NCBI GenBank assembly: GCA_965227295.1
Contig: OZ245742.1
Span: 96,001-160,000 of the forward strand
Direction of reading: 5' to 3'
Source: Leptonemataceae bacterium
Lineage (GTDB): Bacteria > Spirochaetota > Leptospiria > Leptospirales > Leptonemataceae
DNA: 64,000 bases
Both the position numbers and the translations under genes were made by a program. Below, one piece after another: positions 48,172 to 57,156 of the stretch (position 1 is its first letter; each line of letters starts with the position of its first letter). The notes under the pieces were generated by a model. It was given only the letters and a program-made list of their open reading frames with translations. It searched no databases and was not told the origin of the DNA.

Positions 48172-50268
48172 GTGAAACCTCCATCGCTGACTGCCGGACT
48201 GAGCCGGGCCGCGCGGAGCCCGCACTTCTGGGCGGTAACCATCATTCTGGGCAAGGTCCTGGTCTGCCTGCCGTTCTCTTCAGACTACGTCGACGTTTTG
48301 TTCTACCCCTTTCTGGAGACCTTCGTGACGGGAATCCTCGCAGGTCAGCCCGTCAATCCATGGGCTGCCTCGATCGCCACGTTGCCGGATGCGTTTCCGT
48401 ACCACCCCGGGATGCTCTACCTGTACGGCGCGGCGATCCTGCCCACCGGGCTGCTGCCGGGGAACCTGCTCTGGCTGAAGTTGTGGTTCGTCCTGCCCGC
48501 CGCCGCAGCCGACGCCATGATCCTGTTCACGCTGCTGCGGTTCTTCCCGGAGCGACGCTGGGCGATCAACATCCTCTATGGTCTTTCGCCGATCCTCTTC
48601 TACTCCATCTACCTGCACGGTCAACTGGACCTGTGGCCCACGGCGCTGCTCTTTCTGTCGTGCTACTTCCTGATTCGACGCGGGCCGGTGGGAGCGGCGG
48701 TCCTGATGGGACTGGCCGTCTCCATGAAGCTGCATGTGGCGGCTGCTCTGCCACTGATCGTCGTGTTTCTCTATCGTCGCCGGGGGCTGTTGCCCACCGC
48801 TCGGTTCCTGCTCGGATTCGGATTAACTTTCGGTGTGTTGAGCCTACCGTGGTACCTGGATGAATCCTTCCGTGGGATGGTACTGCAGAACCCCAAGCAA
48901 GACCTGTTGTTCCAGGCGGCACGCCTGGAAAATGGACAGGATCCGCTCTACATCAGCCTCCTCGTCATCCTGCTCATCTACATGCGGTTCTTCGCCTACC
49001 GCAAGATCAATGCCGACCTCTTCTTCAGCTGGATGGCCTGCCTCTTCGCGGTCTTCGTGCTGATCATCCCTCCGGCGCCCGGCTGGTACGCGTGGATAGT
49101 CCCGCTGCTGACCTACTTCTACCTGAAATTCGTGAGGAACGACCGACACCTGCTGTACCTGAGCGGCTTTCTCGCCGCGGCGTACCTGGCATACTTCGTG
49201 CTCGTCTGGCAGGGAGACTACGTGGACCTCGCATTGCTCGGGGAGCCGCTGCAATTCAAGCTGACTTCGATCCGGACCGGCGGTGTGCTGTATACCGTCC
49301 TGCAGGCGGCCTTGCTGGCCAACCTGCTGTATGTATACCGCTTCGGCGTAAGATCGAACGCAATCTACCGGCGCCCCGGCCCGATCCTGATCGGCATCGG
49401 CGGAGACAGCGGCGCGGGCAAGTCAACGCTGAAGCAGAGCTTCCACAGGCTGCTCGCTCCTTCGATTACGACGCTGGAGGGAGACGCCGAACATCGCTGG
49501 GAACGGGGTGATCCAAACTGGGACGACTACACCCACCTGAACCCGCGCGCCAACTTTCTCAGACGTCAGGCGGACTTTCTGCACCGCCTCAAGACAGGCG
49601 AGGCGATTCTGCGCAGCGACTATCAACACAGTACCGGTCGCTTTTCTCCGGCACGCTTCATCCGCCCCGCCGACTTCATCATTCTGAGCGGCTTACACCC
49701 GTTCTATCTGCCGCGCATGCGCAAACTGATCGACATCAAGATATTTCTCGATACGGACGAACCCCTCCGTCGCCACTGGAAGATCCAGCGCGATCACGCC
49801 CAGCGCGGACACCCCATCGCGAAAATTGAAGAGCAGCTCCGTACGCGCGCTCGCGATGCCGAACGGTTCATTCACCCGCAGAAAGGATTTGCGGATATGG
49901 TCATCGAGTACCGGCCCGCGGGAGACCTGAGCCCGGAGCGCGAGCTTTCACCGGCAGACTTGCGCCTGCGGATTACTCTACAGGCCGACCTGCATATTGA
50001 GGAAATGGTGCACGAGATGGAGAAGGAGTCGTGGCTGGAGGAATGGGATTACCTGGACAGCCTGCGCGGGCAGTTCTTTTCCTTCGCAGGCGCACCCGGG
50101 CCGGAGCAGCTTCAATCTTTTGCGCGACGATTTGTCGACAGCTACACGGACCTCTTTCCTTCCGAACCGCACTGGGACGCAGGGTATCCAGGCATCATCC
50201 AGTTGTTCGTGGTCGTGATGATCGATCACTGCCTCAAGGAGGCTCCGAATGAGGCAACGGCGCTTTGA
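48172..50268 (+). CDS. GT-C-type multi-TM glycosyltransferase fused to a phosphoribulokinase/uridine kinase domain
   Basis: About 11 TM with FPYHP, HGQLD, MKLH, PGWY. C-part IGGDSGAGKST, THLNPRAN, GLHPFY, WKIQRD...RGH, FIHPQK. Start uncertain (48025-48172). Confidence 0.85.
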   Translation: MKPPSLTAGLSRAARSPHFWAVTIILGKVLVCLPFSSDYVDVLFYPFLETFVTGILAGQPVNPWAASIATLPDAFPYHPGMLYLYGAAILPTGLLPGNLLWLKLWFVLPAAAADAMILFTLLRFFPERRWAINILYGLSPILFYSIYLHGQLDLWPTALLFLSCYFLIRRGPVGAAVLMGLAVSMKLHVAAALPLIVVFLYRRRGLLPTARFLLGFGLTFGVLSLPWYLDESFRGMVLQNPKQDLLFQAARLENGQDPLYISLLVILLIYMRFFAYRKINADLFFSWMACLFAVFVLIIPPAPGWYAWIVPLLTYFYLKFVRNDRHLLYLSGFLAAAYLAYFVLVWQGDYVDLALLGEPLQFKLTSIRTGGVLYTVLQAALLANLLYVYRFGVRSNAIYRRPGPILIGIGGDSGAGKSTLKQSFHRLLAPSITTLEGDAEHRWERGDPNWDDYTHLNPRANFLRRQADFLHRLKTGEAILRSDYQHSTGRFSPARFIRPADFIILSGLHPFYLPRMRKLIDIKIFLDTDEPLRRHWKIQRDHAQRGHPIAKIEEQLRTRARDAERFIHPQKGFADMVIEYRPAGDLSPERELSPADLRLRITLQADLHIEEMVHEMEKESWLEEWDYLDSLRGQFFSFAGAPGPEQLQSFARRFVDSYTDLFPSEPHWDAGYPGIIQLFVVVMIDHCLKEAPNEATAL

Positions 50269-50998
50269 TGTTTTGTTCCTGGACCTCGACGATACGCTGT
50301 ACGACTACAGCACTTGCCATGCGGCCGGACTGGCGTCACTGCTGGATTTGACGGTAGAGCGCTTCGGCATTCCGCGGAGCGAGGCCGAGCAGTCCTACGA
50401 ACAGGGGCGCCGGAACACGAAATCCCGCCTGCACGGCGCCGCCGCTTCCCACCATCGACTGCTCTACGCCCAATCCATGTGCGAACTGGCGGGCCGACCG
50501 GTCGTCCCCAACGCCCTGGACCTGGAAGAAGCGTACTGGGCGGCCTATCTGAAGTCCATGCAACTGCGACCGGGCGTAACCGAGTTTCTGCGCTGGGCCC
50601 GCGAAGCCGGCTACCGCCTCGGCTTGATCACGGATCTCGTTGCCTCCATTCAATTTCGGAAGTTGCGCACGCTCCAACTGGACACGGTTCTGGACACCAT
50701 CACCACAAGCGAAGAGGCCGGCGTCGAAAAGCCGGACCCCGGCATTTTTTCCCTTGCTCTGGCCAAGACGCGTGGCATTCCCGAACGATCGCTCATGATT
50801 GGGGACAATCTGACAAAGGATGTGCGGGGCGCTCTGGAGAGCGGCCTCAGTGCGGTGCATTTCGTTCCTGACCATCGGCCCGGCGAGAACGGGGACGCGG
50901 TCGTCGAGGATTCGGGCTTTCTGACCCACGGCGACTTTCGGACGCTGGCCACCGTGCTCACCGACTGGGAGGCAGGGTCGTCTGCGCATGACGCCTGA
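50249..50998 (+). CDS. HAD family hydrolase
   Basis: DLDDTL, LITD, EKPD, MIGD..KDV.GA. Confidence 0.93.
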   Translation: MRQRRFDVLFLDLDDTLYDYSTCHAAGLASLLDLTVERFGIPRSEAEQSYEQGRRNTKSRLHGAAASHHRLLYAQSMCELAGRPVVPNALDLEEAYWAAYLKSMQLRPGVTEFLRWAREAGYRLGLITDLVASIQFRKLRTLQLDTVLDTITTSEEAGVEKPDPGIFSLALAKTRGIPERSLMIGDNLTKDVRGALESGLSAVHFVPDHRPGENGDAVVEDSGFLTHGDFRTLATVLTDWEAGSSAHDA

Positions 50999-52028
50999 GA
51001 GCAAACAGGCCCTCAGCGAACTCTGCCGCGTGTCCCGGCGGGCGGGGGAACGAGCCGACCTCGTCCAGGCGGGGGGTGGGAATTCCTCATGGAAGGACGC
51101 AGGTTACATGTGGATCAAGGGATCCGGCCTCCGCCTCTGCGATATCTCCCCCGAAAACGGACTGGCCCAGGTCGACAACGCACAACTGCTGGAAGGCCTG
51201 AGCAGCACCGCCTGGGCCGGAATGGATCGTCGCGCGCGCGAAAGTGCAGCTCAGGAACTCGTCCAGTCGGCTTCCTCAGGAGCGGTGCGGCCCTCGATCG
51301 AAACCGTGATGCACGCCCTGCTGGGCGAGTTCGTGTTGCACACCCATCCCACGGCCGTGAACGCCGCATTCAACAATCGCTCCGCCGCACAGCGGGCCGC
51401 GGACTGGCTCCCGGATTGCACCTATGTGGAATACCATACGCCGGGCATCGACCTGGCCCTCGCCGTCGGGCAGCGGAGCCAGCAGGATGATCCGCCGCAG
51501 TCGCCGCGGACGTTTCTGCTCGGCAATCACGGCCTCCTGGTTTCGGCGGACTCGGCCCAGGCAGCATTTGACGAAACCGAGCGCGTTTGCGACCTCCTGA
51601 ACGAACGGCTGGGCCTGGGAGCGGCGGCCGAAAAGATCTGTAACCAGATCTCCGGTTACCTGGAGGCCCTCACCGGCGAGGACCGGGTCACCATCCACAC
51701 GGAAGACACGCTCCCCTGGCCCGAGGAGCTCCGGCCCTTCTTTCCGGATGCGGTCGTCTTTCTGGGGGCGGGGCCGCTGGTCACGGAATCACCCCACCTG
51801 GAAAGCAGCGTCCGGAATTACTTCTCGGAGCACGGCATTCCACCGCGCATGTTGCGCGTGGATGGCCGCAACTATTTCTCCGGCAGCAGTTACGCGCGGG
51901 CCAGGGACGGCGCCGAGGTCTGGCAACTGCACGCCCTGGCAGCCCGCTTCGGTCCGGAAGCACTGCCACCGGAAGAAGTGCGCTACCTGTCCAACTGGGA
52001 AGCCGAGAAATATCGGCAAAGGATGTAA
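50988..52028 (+). CDS. class II aldolase/adducin family protein
   Basis: GGGNSSWK, IKGSG, RPSIET.MH, HTHP, LGNHG; C-terminal WEAEKYRQ. Confidence 0.9.
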   Translation: MTPESKQALSELCRVSRRAGERADLVQAGGGNSSWKDAGYMWIKGSGLRLCDISPENGLAQVDNAQLLEGLSSTAWAGMDRRARESAAQELVQSASSGAVRPSIETVMHALLGEFVLHTHPTAVNAAFNNRSAAQRAADWLPDCTYVEYHTPGIDLALAVGQRSQQDDPPQSPRTFLLGNHGLLVSADSAQAAFDETERVCDLLNERLGLGAAAEKICNQISGYLEALTGEDRVTIHTEDTLPWPEELRPFFPDAVVFLGAGPLVTESPHLESSVRNYFSEHGIPPRMLRVDGRNYFSGSSYARARDGAEVWQLHALAARFGPEALPPEEVRYLSNWEAEKYRQRM

Positions 52029-52033
52029 GGCGG

Positions 52034-53611
52034 ATGCAGATTGTCGTACCGATGTCCGGCACCGGCCAGCGCTTCCTGGCCGCGGGGTACTCCAGGCCCA
52101 AACCCCTGATCGAAGTTGAGGGTCGGCCCATCATAGCGCACGTCGTAGACATGTTTCCCGGCGAATCCAACTTCCTTTTCATCTGCAACGAAGAGCACCT
52201 GGAACAGACGAACATGGCCGGGGTGCTGGCGGACATCGCCCCCTCCGGCAGGATTGTCTCCATCCCGGCGCACAAGCTGGGTCCGGTCTACGCCGTCAGC
52301 CGGGCCTTCGACTTTATATCAGACGATTCTGAAGTAATCGTCAACTACTGCGACTTCGGCAAGGCCTGGGACTATGCGGGCTTCCTTTCCGACCTCAGAG
52401 GCAACTCTGCCGACGGCGGAATCTCGGCCTACACCGGCTTTCACCCCCACATGCTCGGTACGACTAACTACGCCTTCATGCGGCACGAAAAGATGTGGAT
52501 GCAGCAAATTCAGGAAAAGCAGCCGTTCACCGACGACCGCATGAGTGAGTACGCCTCTGACGGTACGTACTACTTTCGCACGGGGGCCATCCTCAAGCAG
52601 TACTTCCGGCTGCTCATGGAGCGGGGGCTGGATCTCAACGGCGAATACTACGTGAGCATGGTCTACAATCTGCTCGTGGAGGCGGGGCTCTCCGTTCGTT
52701 TATTTCCCATCGAGACGATGCTCCAGTGGGGCACGCCGGCCGATCTGGAAGAGTATCAGTACTGGTCGCACTTATTCCGACTGATTGCGCGAGAAGCCGG
52801 GCGGCCCGCACCGCCGCCATCGTCGCAAATCAACCTGATCCCGCTTGCAGGGCGTGGTTCCCGGTTTGCCAATGAGGGCTACGAACTCCCGAAGCCGTTG
52901 ATACCGGTCGACGAGCAGCCGATGGTCGTTCACGCCGCACGCTCGCTGCCGCCCGCCACCGAGCATGTCTTCGTTTGTCTGGCCGAACACCTGGCAAAGT
53001 TTCCGCTGGAAGGGGCCTTGAAGCGGGCCTTTCCGGATGCGCGCATCGTTTCCATTGGCGAGGTCACGGAAGGACAGGCGGTCACGGTGGGCCTCGGTCT
53101 TCGCAAACAGGACGCGGATCTACCGCTGCTGATTGGCGCGAGCGACAATGGCATGATCTACGATCATGCAGAGTTCCTGCGCGCGACCCAGGATCCCACC
53201 GTGGACGGCATCGTGTTCACCTGTGTCGGCCTCCCCGGGGCCGCCAGACAACCTCACATGTACGGTTGGGTTCGGCACGAGTCGGGCACGGTAACGGGCG
53301 TCTCGGTGAAGCAACCGATCTCGGACAACCCGGCCGCGGACGACGCCATCGTGGGGTGCTTCTACTTCCGTACGGTCCGAACCTACGAACGGGTGCTGTC
53401 GGAGCTTACGGCTCGCAACATCCGGGTGAACAACGAGTTCTACGTGGACTCCATGATTGGCCTTGCGGCTGAGATGGGACTGAAAATCGTGGTGCTGCGG
53501 GTGGAGGCCTACCTCTGCTGGGGCACACCGGATGAATACCGAACCTACCTCTACTGGCAGCGCTTCTTTGCCGGAGTCGAGTGGCACCCCTACACCGGCC
53601 CTCGCCCGTGA
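52034..53611 (+). CDS. tandem sugar nucleotidyltransferase (two NTP_transferase domains)
   Basis: PMSGTGQRF...PKPLI and PLAGRGSRF...PKPLI; NGEYYV / NNEFYV; WGTP occurs twice. Confidence 0.92.
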   Translation: MQIVVPMSGTGQRFLAAGYSRPKPLIEVEGRPIIAHVVDMFPGESNFLFICNEEHLEQTNMAGVLADIAPSGRIVSIPAHKLGPVYAVSRAFDFISDDSEVIVNYCDFGKAWDYAGFLSDLRGNSADGGISAYTGFHPHMLGTTNYAFMRHEKMWMQQIQEKQPFTDDRMSEYASDGTYYFRTGAILKQYFRLLMERGLDLNGEYYVSMVYNLLVEAGLSVRLFPIETMLQWGTPADLEEYQYWSHLFRLIAREAGRPAPPPSSQINLIPLAGRGSRFANEGYELPKPLIPVDEQPMVVHAARSLPPATEHVFVCLAEHLAKFPLEGALKRAFPDARIVSIGEVTEGQAVTVGLGLRKQDADLPLLIGASDNGMIYDHAEFLRATQDPTVDGIVFTCVGLPGAARQPHMYGWVRHESGTVTGVSVKQPISDNPAADDAIVGCFYFRTVRTYERVLSELTARNIRVNNEFYVDSMIGLAAEMGLKIVVLRVEAYLCWGTPDEYRTYLYWQRFFAGVEWHPYTGPRP

Positions 53612-53960
53612 ACTATTCAGCTTTCTGCTGGCCGGCGGCAGCGCGGTGGCCACGGACATGGGCACCTATTTCCTGCTGCTCCTGTGGCTCAGCCATTCTC
53701 CGGCCAAAGCGATTTCGTTCATCCTGGGTTCCGGTGTCGCCTACATCCTCAACAAGATCTTCACGTTTCGCAAACCGGGGCGCTCCGCGGCCGAGGTTGT
53801 CCGCTTTGTGGTTCTTTACACGATTACACTGGGAGCCAACGTCCTCGTGAACAAGGCCTGCCTGCTCCTGTCTCTGCCGGAACTCCTGGCCTTTCTGTTT
53901 GCCACGGGAACCTCTACCGTGCTCAACTACCTCGGGCAAAAGTTTTGGGTATTCAAATGA
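53532..53960 (+). CDS. GtrA family polyprenol-linked sugar translocase
   Basis: 4 TM; YILNKIFTF, LNYLGQKFWVF. Start uncertain. Confidence 0.9.
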   Translation: MNTEPTSTGSASLPESSGTPTPALARELFSFLLAGGSAVATDMGTYFLLLLWLSHSPAKAISFILGSGVAYILNKIFTFRKPGRSAAEVVRFVVLYTITLGANVLVNKACLLLSLPELLAFLFATGTSTVLNYLGQKFWVFK

Positions 53961-54655
53961 AGACATGCACTGTCGTGATTCCGTGCTACAATGAGGAGCC
54001 GAACATCCCGTTGATCCTCGAGCGCTTTGCAGAGGTCCTGGACGAATCGGGCATTGAAATCCTGCTCGTCGACAACGGCTCCACGGACAACTCCCAGGAA
54101 GTAATCCGCTCTCTGCTTCCGTCGTACAAATTCGCGCGCTCGCTGCACCTCATGCCCAACCGCGGGTACGGGGGCGGCATTCTGGCGGGCCTGCAAACCG
54201 TTAAGACACCGCTGCTGGGTTGGACCCATGCCGACATGCAGACCGACCCCTACGATGTAGTCCGCGCAGTCCGACTCATGGAGCAGGCGGGCAGCGACGA
54301 TGTCTACGTCAAGGGCAAGCGACGGGGGCGACCACTGTTTGACGTTTTCTTCACCGCGGGGATGTCGCTCTTTGAGAGCATCTACATGGGCCGGCGCCTG
54401 CAGGATATCAACGCACAACCGAACATCTTTCCGCTGTCATTCTTCCGGCAATGGGAGAACCCACCGGACGATTTTTCTCTCGACCTGTACGCGCTGTATG
54501 TCGCGCAGAAGAAGGGGCTGGACGTCATTCGCTTTCCGGTTACGTTTCCGCCCCGCCTCCACGGCAGTTCCAGCTGGAACACCGGTATGGCCTCCAAGTG
54601 GAAGTTCATCAAGCGGACTGTCGCTTTCAGCATCAAACTGAAGCGGAGCCTATGA
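53957..54655 (+). CDS. GT2 family glycosyltransferase (GtrB/DPM1-like)
   Basis: VVIPCYNE, VDNGSTD, NRGYG, THADMQ; ATGA coupling. Confidence 0.92.
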   Translation: MKTCTVVIPCYNEEPNIPLILERFAEVLDESGIEILLVDNGSTDNSQEVIRSLLPSYKFARSLHLMPNRGYGGGILAGLQTVKTPLLGWTHADMQTDPYDVVRAVRLMEQAGSDDVYVKGKRRGRPLFDVFFTAGMSLFESIYMGRRLQDINAQPNIFPLSFFRQWENPPDDFSLDLYALYVAQKKGLDVIRFPVTFPPRLHGSSSWNTGMASKWKFIKRTVAFSIKLKRSL

Positions 54656-55272
54656 TGAAGTTTATCGCCCACCGGATCAATACAGTGACCGAGCTCGTAA
54701 CGGTGCCGGTAGAGTACGGTGTCGAGCTGGACCTGCGGGATGGCGAATCGGAACTGATTCTGGCCCACGATCCCTTCAGCCCCGGGGAACTGTTTCGGGA
54801 CTACCTCGAGCAGTACCGCCACGGTACGATGATCGTGAACTGCAAAAGCGAACGGATCGAGATTCGGGCCCTCGAACTGCTCCACGAGTTCGGGATCGAC
54901 GACTTCTTCTTTCTCGATAGTTCCTTTCCCATGATCTACCTGCTTTCCAGGCAGGGCGAGTTCAGGCAGGCCCTGCGCCTGTCAGAATTTGAAAAGATCG
55001 ATACACTATTGACGATGCAGGGGAAGGTGGATTGGGCCTGGGTCGACTGTTTCGAACGGTTCATTCTCACCGCCGAATCGTCCCGTCGGCTACGAGACGC
55101 AGGCTACCGAACCTGCCTGGTGTCGCCGGAACTCCAGGGACGCCCGGAAGACATTGAGCAGCACGCCGAACAGATCGTGGCAAATTCGCTGGACGTCGAT
55201 GCCATCTGTACGAAGCTGCACAACATCTCACGCTGGCAGACCGCGCTGGGGCTGGACAACCGGAACGCATGA
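54652..55272 (+). CDS. GDPD/PLC-like phosphodiesterase-fold protein
   Basis: IAHR.N, GVELDLR, LAHDPF, NCK, WVDCF, VSPEL. Confidence 0.75.
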   Translation: MMKFIAHRINTVTELVTVPVEYGVELDLRDGESELILAHDPFSPGELFRDYLEQYRHGTMIVNCKSERIEIRALELLHEFGIDDFFFLDSSFPMIYLLSRQGEFRQALRLSEFEKIDTLLTMQGKVDWAWVDCFERFILTAESSRRLRDAGYRTCLVSPELQGRPEDIEQHAEQIVANSLDVDAICTKLHNISRWQTALGLDNRNA

Positions 55273-55297
55273 GGTGCGCGCCCCACATGGTCACTCC

Positions 55298-57088
55298 ATG
55301 AAGCGGTCTTCACTTAACTCCAGAATAATGCAGCGCTTTTGGATAGTGTCTTCCAGGCTTTCCGTACTGAGCGGATTTATGGTGCTTCTGGTCGCCGGCC
55401 TGTACGTCTGGATGACGTTTCTTGAACCCCGCCCGTATTCCATCATCCTGACAGATGTCGAGGTGGACTACTACTACAATGCGCGCCTTGCACACCAGGG
55501 ATTGCCGGTAGCCGGCATTCACCACCCGGGAACTCCGATCCAGTTTCTTGGGGCTTTGATCCTTGCGACGGTCGGAGCGGACATTGCGCTGGCCCAGAAT
55601 TTCTTCAATTTTGCCTATTTAGTATTGGCTGTTCTTACCATCCTCGCGCTTTTCTTCTTTGTTCGTACGACGCTGAAGGATCTCCCCCCGGGAGTCGCCT
55701 TCCTTGCCCTGGCGACCGTCGTCGCATGGCCAACCTTTTCATTTTACCTGAACAAGTTCGGTGCGGATGCCTTTGTCGTTATCTCCGGGTTGCCGGCCAT
55801 CACCTTTTTCTGGCGAGCACTGGGGAAAGAACTTATCCCTCGCTACCGCCATTTGTTCTTGTGCGGCGCTTTTGTCGGCCTTTCGCTTGCGATCAAGATG
55901 TCTTTCGTGCCTCTTGCAGTGGCCCTGCTCGCCGGATGCATGATCAGGGGGCTCATCGCTTTTTTCTGCTATCTTTCAGAAGGTGGACGGCTGGCCGGAT
56001 TCTGGCGCTTTGCTTTGCTTCCCCTGGCGATGCCTGCCGGAGCATGGCTCACGTACAAACTCTTCACTTTGCCGATTCATGAGCGCGTCCCCGACATCTG
56101 GAATGAGAGGCTCGGTGGCTCCGGACTTACTTTTGGCTTACGGGAGATGGCGGAACGGGCCGGCGATGTTCTTTTGGCCATGGCGACAGCCAACTGGCTA
56201 TTGGTTTGCGTATTGATCGCGATCGTCTGCGTTTTTCTTTTTTGCGTTTGTGCGCTTGTATACCGATCCTTCTCGTCTGGTATCCGCGGCACGCTGCACT
56301 CTATCACCAAAGAGCGTTTCGATCATTTGTCCGGCGCAGCTTTCTTGCTGATTGCGTTGCCGGCTGTATTGCTCTTGCTGGCGACCGAAGCCACCGCCAC
56401 GAGGACTGCCGTCGTCGCGGTAGGACAGGGCTTGCGCAACGTTTTTCCGGTGGCCCTGGTTTTCCCCTTTGTGATCGTTTTTTGCTGGCGGACATACTTT
56501 GTGCATCGAGATGGTTTTTTGATTCGCAATAAATTCTTCCAGCCGGCATTGCTCGTCATCAGCCTCTTAGCCATCTCACTAACAGTCTCCGTGTTTCTAA
56601 GGGAACGGCATGGCTTCATGAATCTCCATGCGAAACGGATAGAAAACGCGCAGAAAGCGATCATGCAGAGCCTTCTACCGGGAACGAGGGTGGCGGTCTG
56701 GGATGGAACGGCGTTGCATGCGCTGGGTGAAGTCTCATTTCATTGGTGGGGTAACTACAGATACGCGCGCAGCTCCTTTGATGCTGACATAGGATCAGCG
56801 TATCCATCCTTTACCCAATTCCGGCTGTTGGATCTGGTCGCTCGTTTGAGAGAAAAGCAGGATTCGAATACGGCGACGACGATGGAACTCATCGCCATGC
56901 AAAGGCACGGGGACCCGGTTTCGATGATTGCAATTCCAGTAGTGGAACTGGAGAGTAGCCTGGCCAGCACAACCAGCGATCCTGTGCACAGATTCATTGA
57001 GTTCGCGGAAGGGCATTACGAAGTACAGGAACACTGGAAGCAGTCGATCAACGATGTGGACTGGATTTTCGTCCGTCTGAAGTGGTAA
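55298..57088 (+). CDS. multi-TM membrane protein, probable GT-C glycosyltransferase
   Basis: DVEVDYYYN..HHPGTP luminal loop, GLSLAIK, about 12 TM, soluble C-terminus; T-rich atypical codon usage. Confidence 0.7.
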   Translation: MKRSSLNSRIMQRFWIVSSRLSVLSGFMVLLVAGLYVWMTFLEPRPYSIILTDVEVDYYYNARLAHQGLPVAGIHHPGTPIQFLGALILATVGADIALAQNFFNFAYLVLAVLTILALFFFVRTTLKDLPPGVAFLALATVVAWPTFSFYLNKFGADAFVVISGLPAITFFWRALGKELIPRYRHLFLCGAFVGLSLAIKMSFVPLAVALLAGCMIRGLIAFFCYLSEGGRLAGFWRFALLPLAMPAGAWLTYKLFTLPIHERVPDIWNERLGGSGLTFGLREMAERAGDVLLAMATANWLLVCVLIAIVCVFLFCVCALVYRSFSSGIRGTLHSITKERFDHLSGAAFLLIALPAVLLLLATEATATRTAVVAVGQGLRNVFPVALVFPFVIVFCWRTYFVHRDGFLIRNKFFQPALLVISLLAISLTVSVFLRERHGFMNLHAKRIENAQKAIMQSLLPGTRVAVWDGTALHALGEVSFHWWGNYRYARSSFDADIGSAYPSFTQFRLLDLVARLREKQDSNTATTMELIAMQRHGDPVSMIAIPVVELESSLASTTSDPVHRFIEFAEGHYEVQEHWKQSINDVDWIFVRLKW

Positions 57089-57156
57089 CCGATTCTGCCG
57101 TCCGGCAGTATCAAAAGTGGCAAAGACATCTAAAGCCTTCATTCGAATCGCCGCGA

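Noticed and set aside
47988-48254. 88-aa minus-strand ORF ending in a FlgG-like peptide
   Set aside because: Only about 18 codons are FlgG-like; treated as a repeat remnant rather than a gene.
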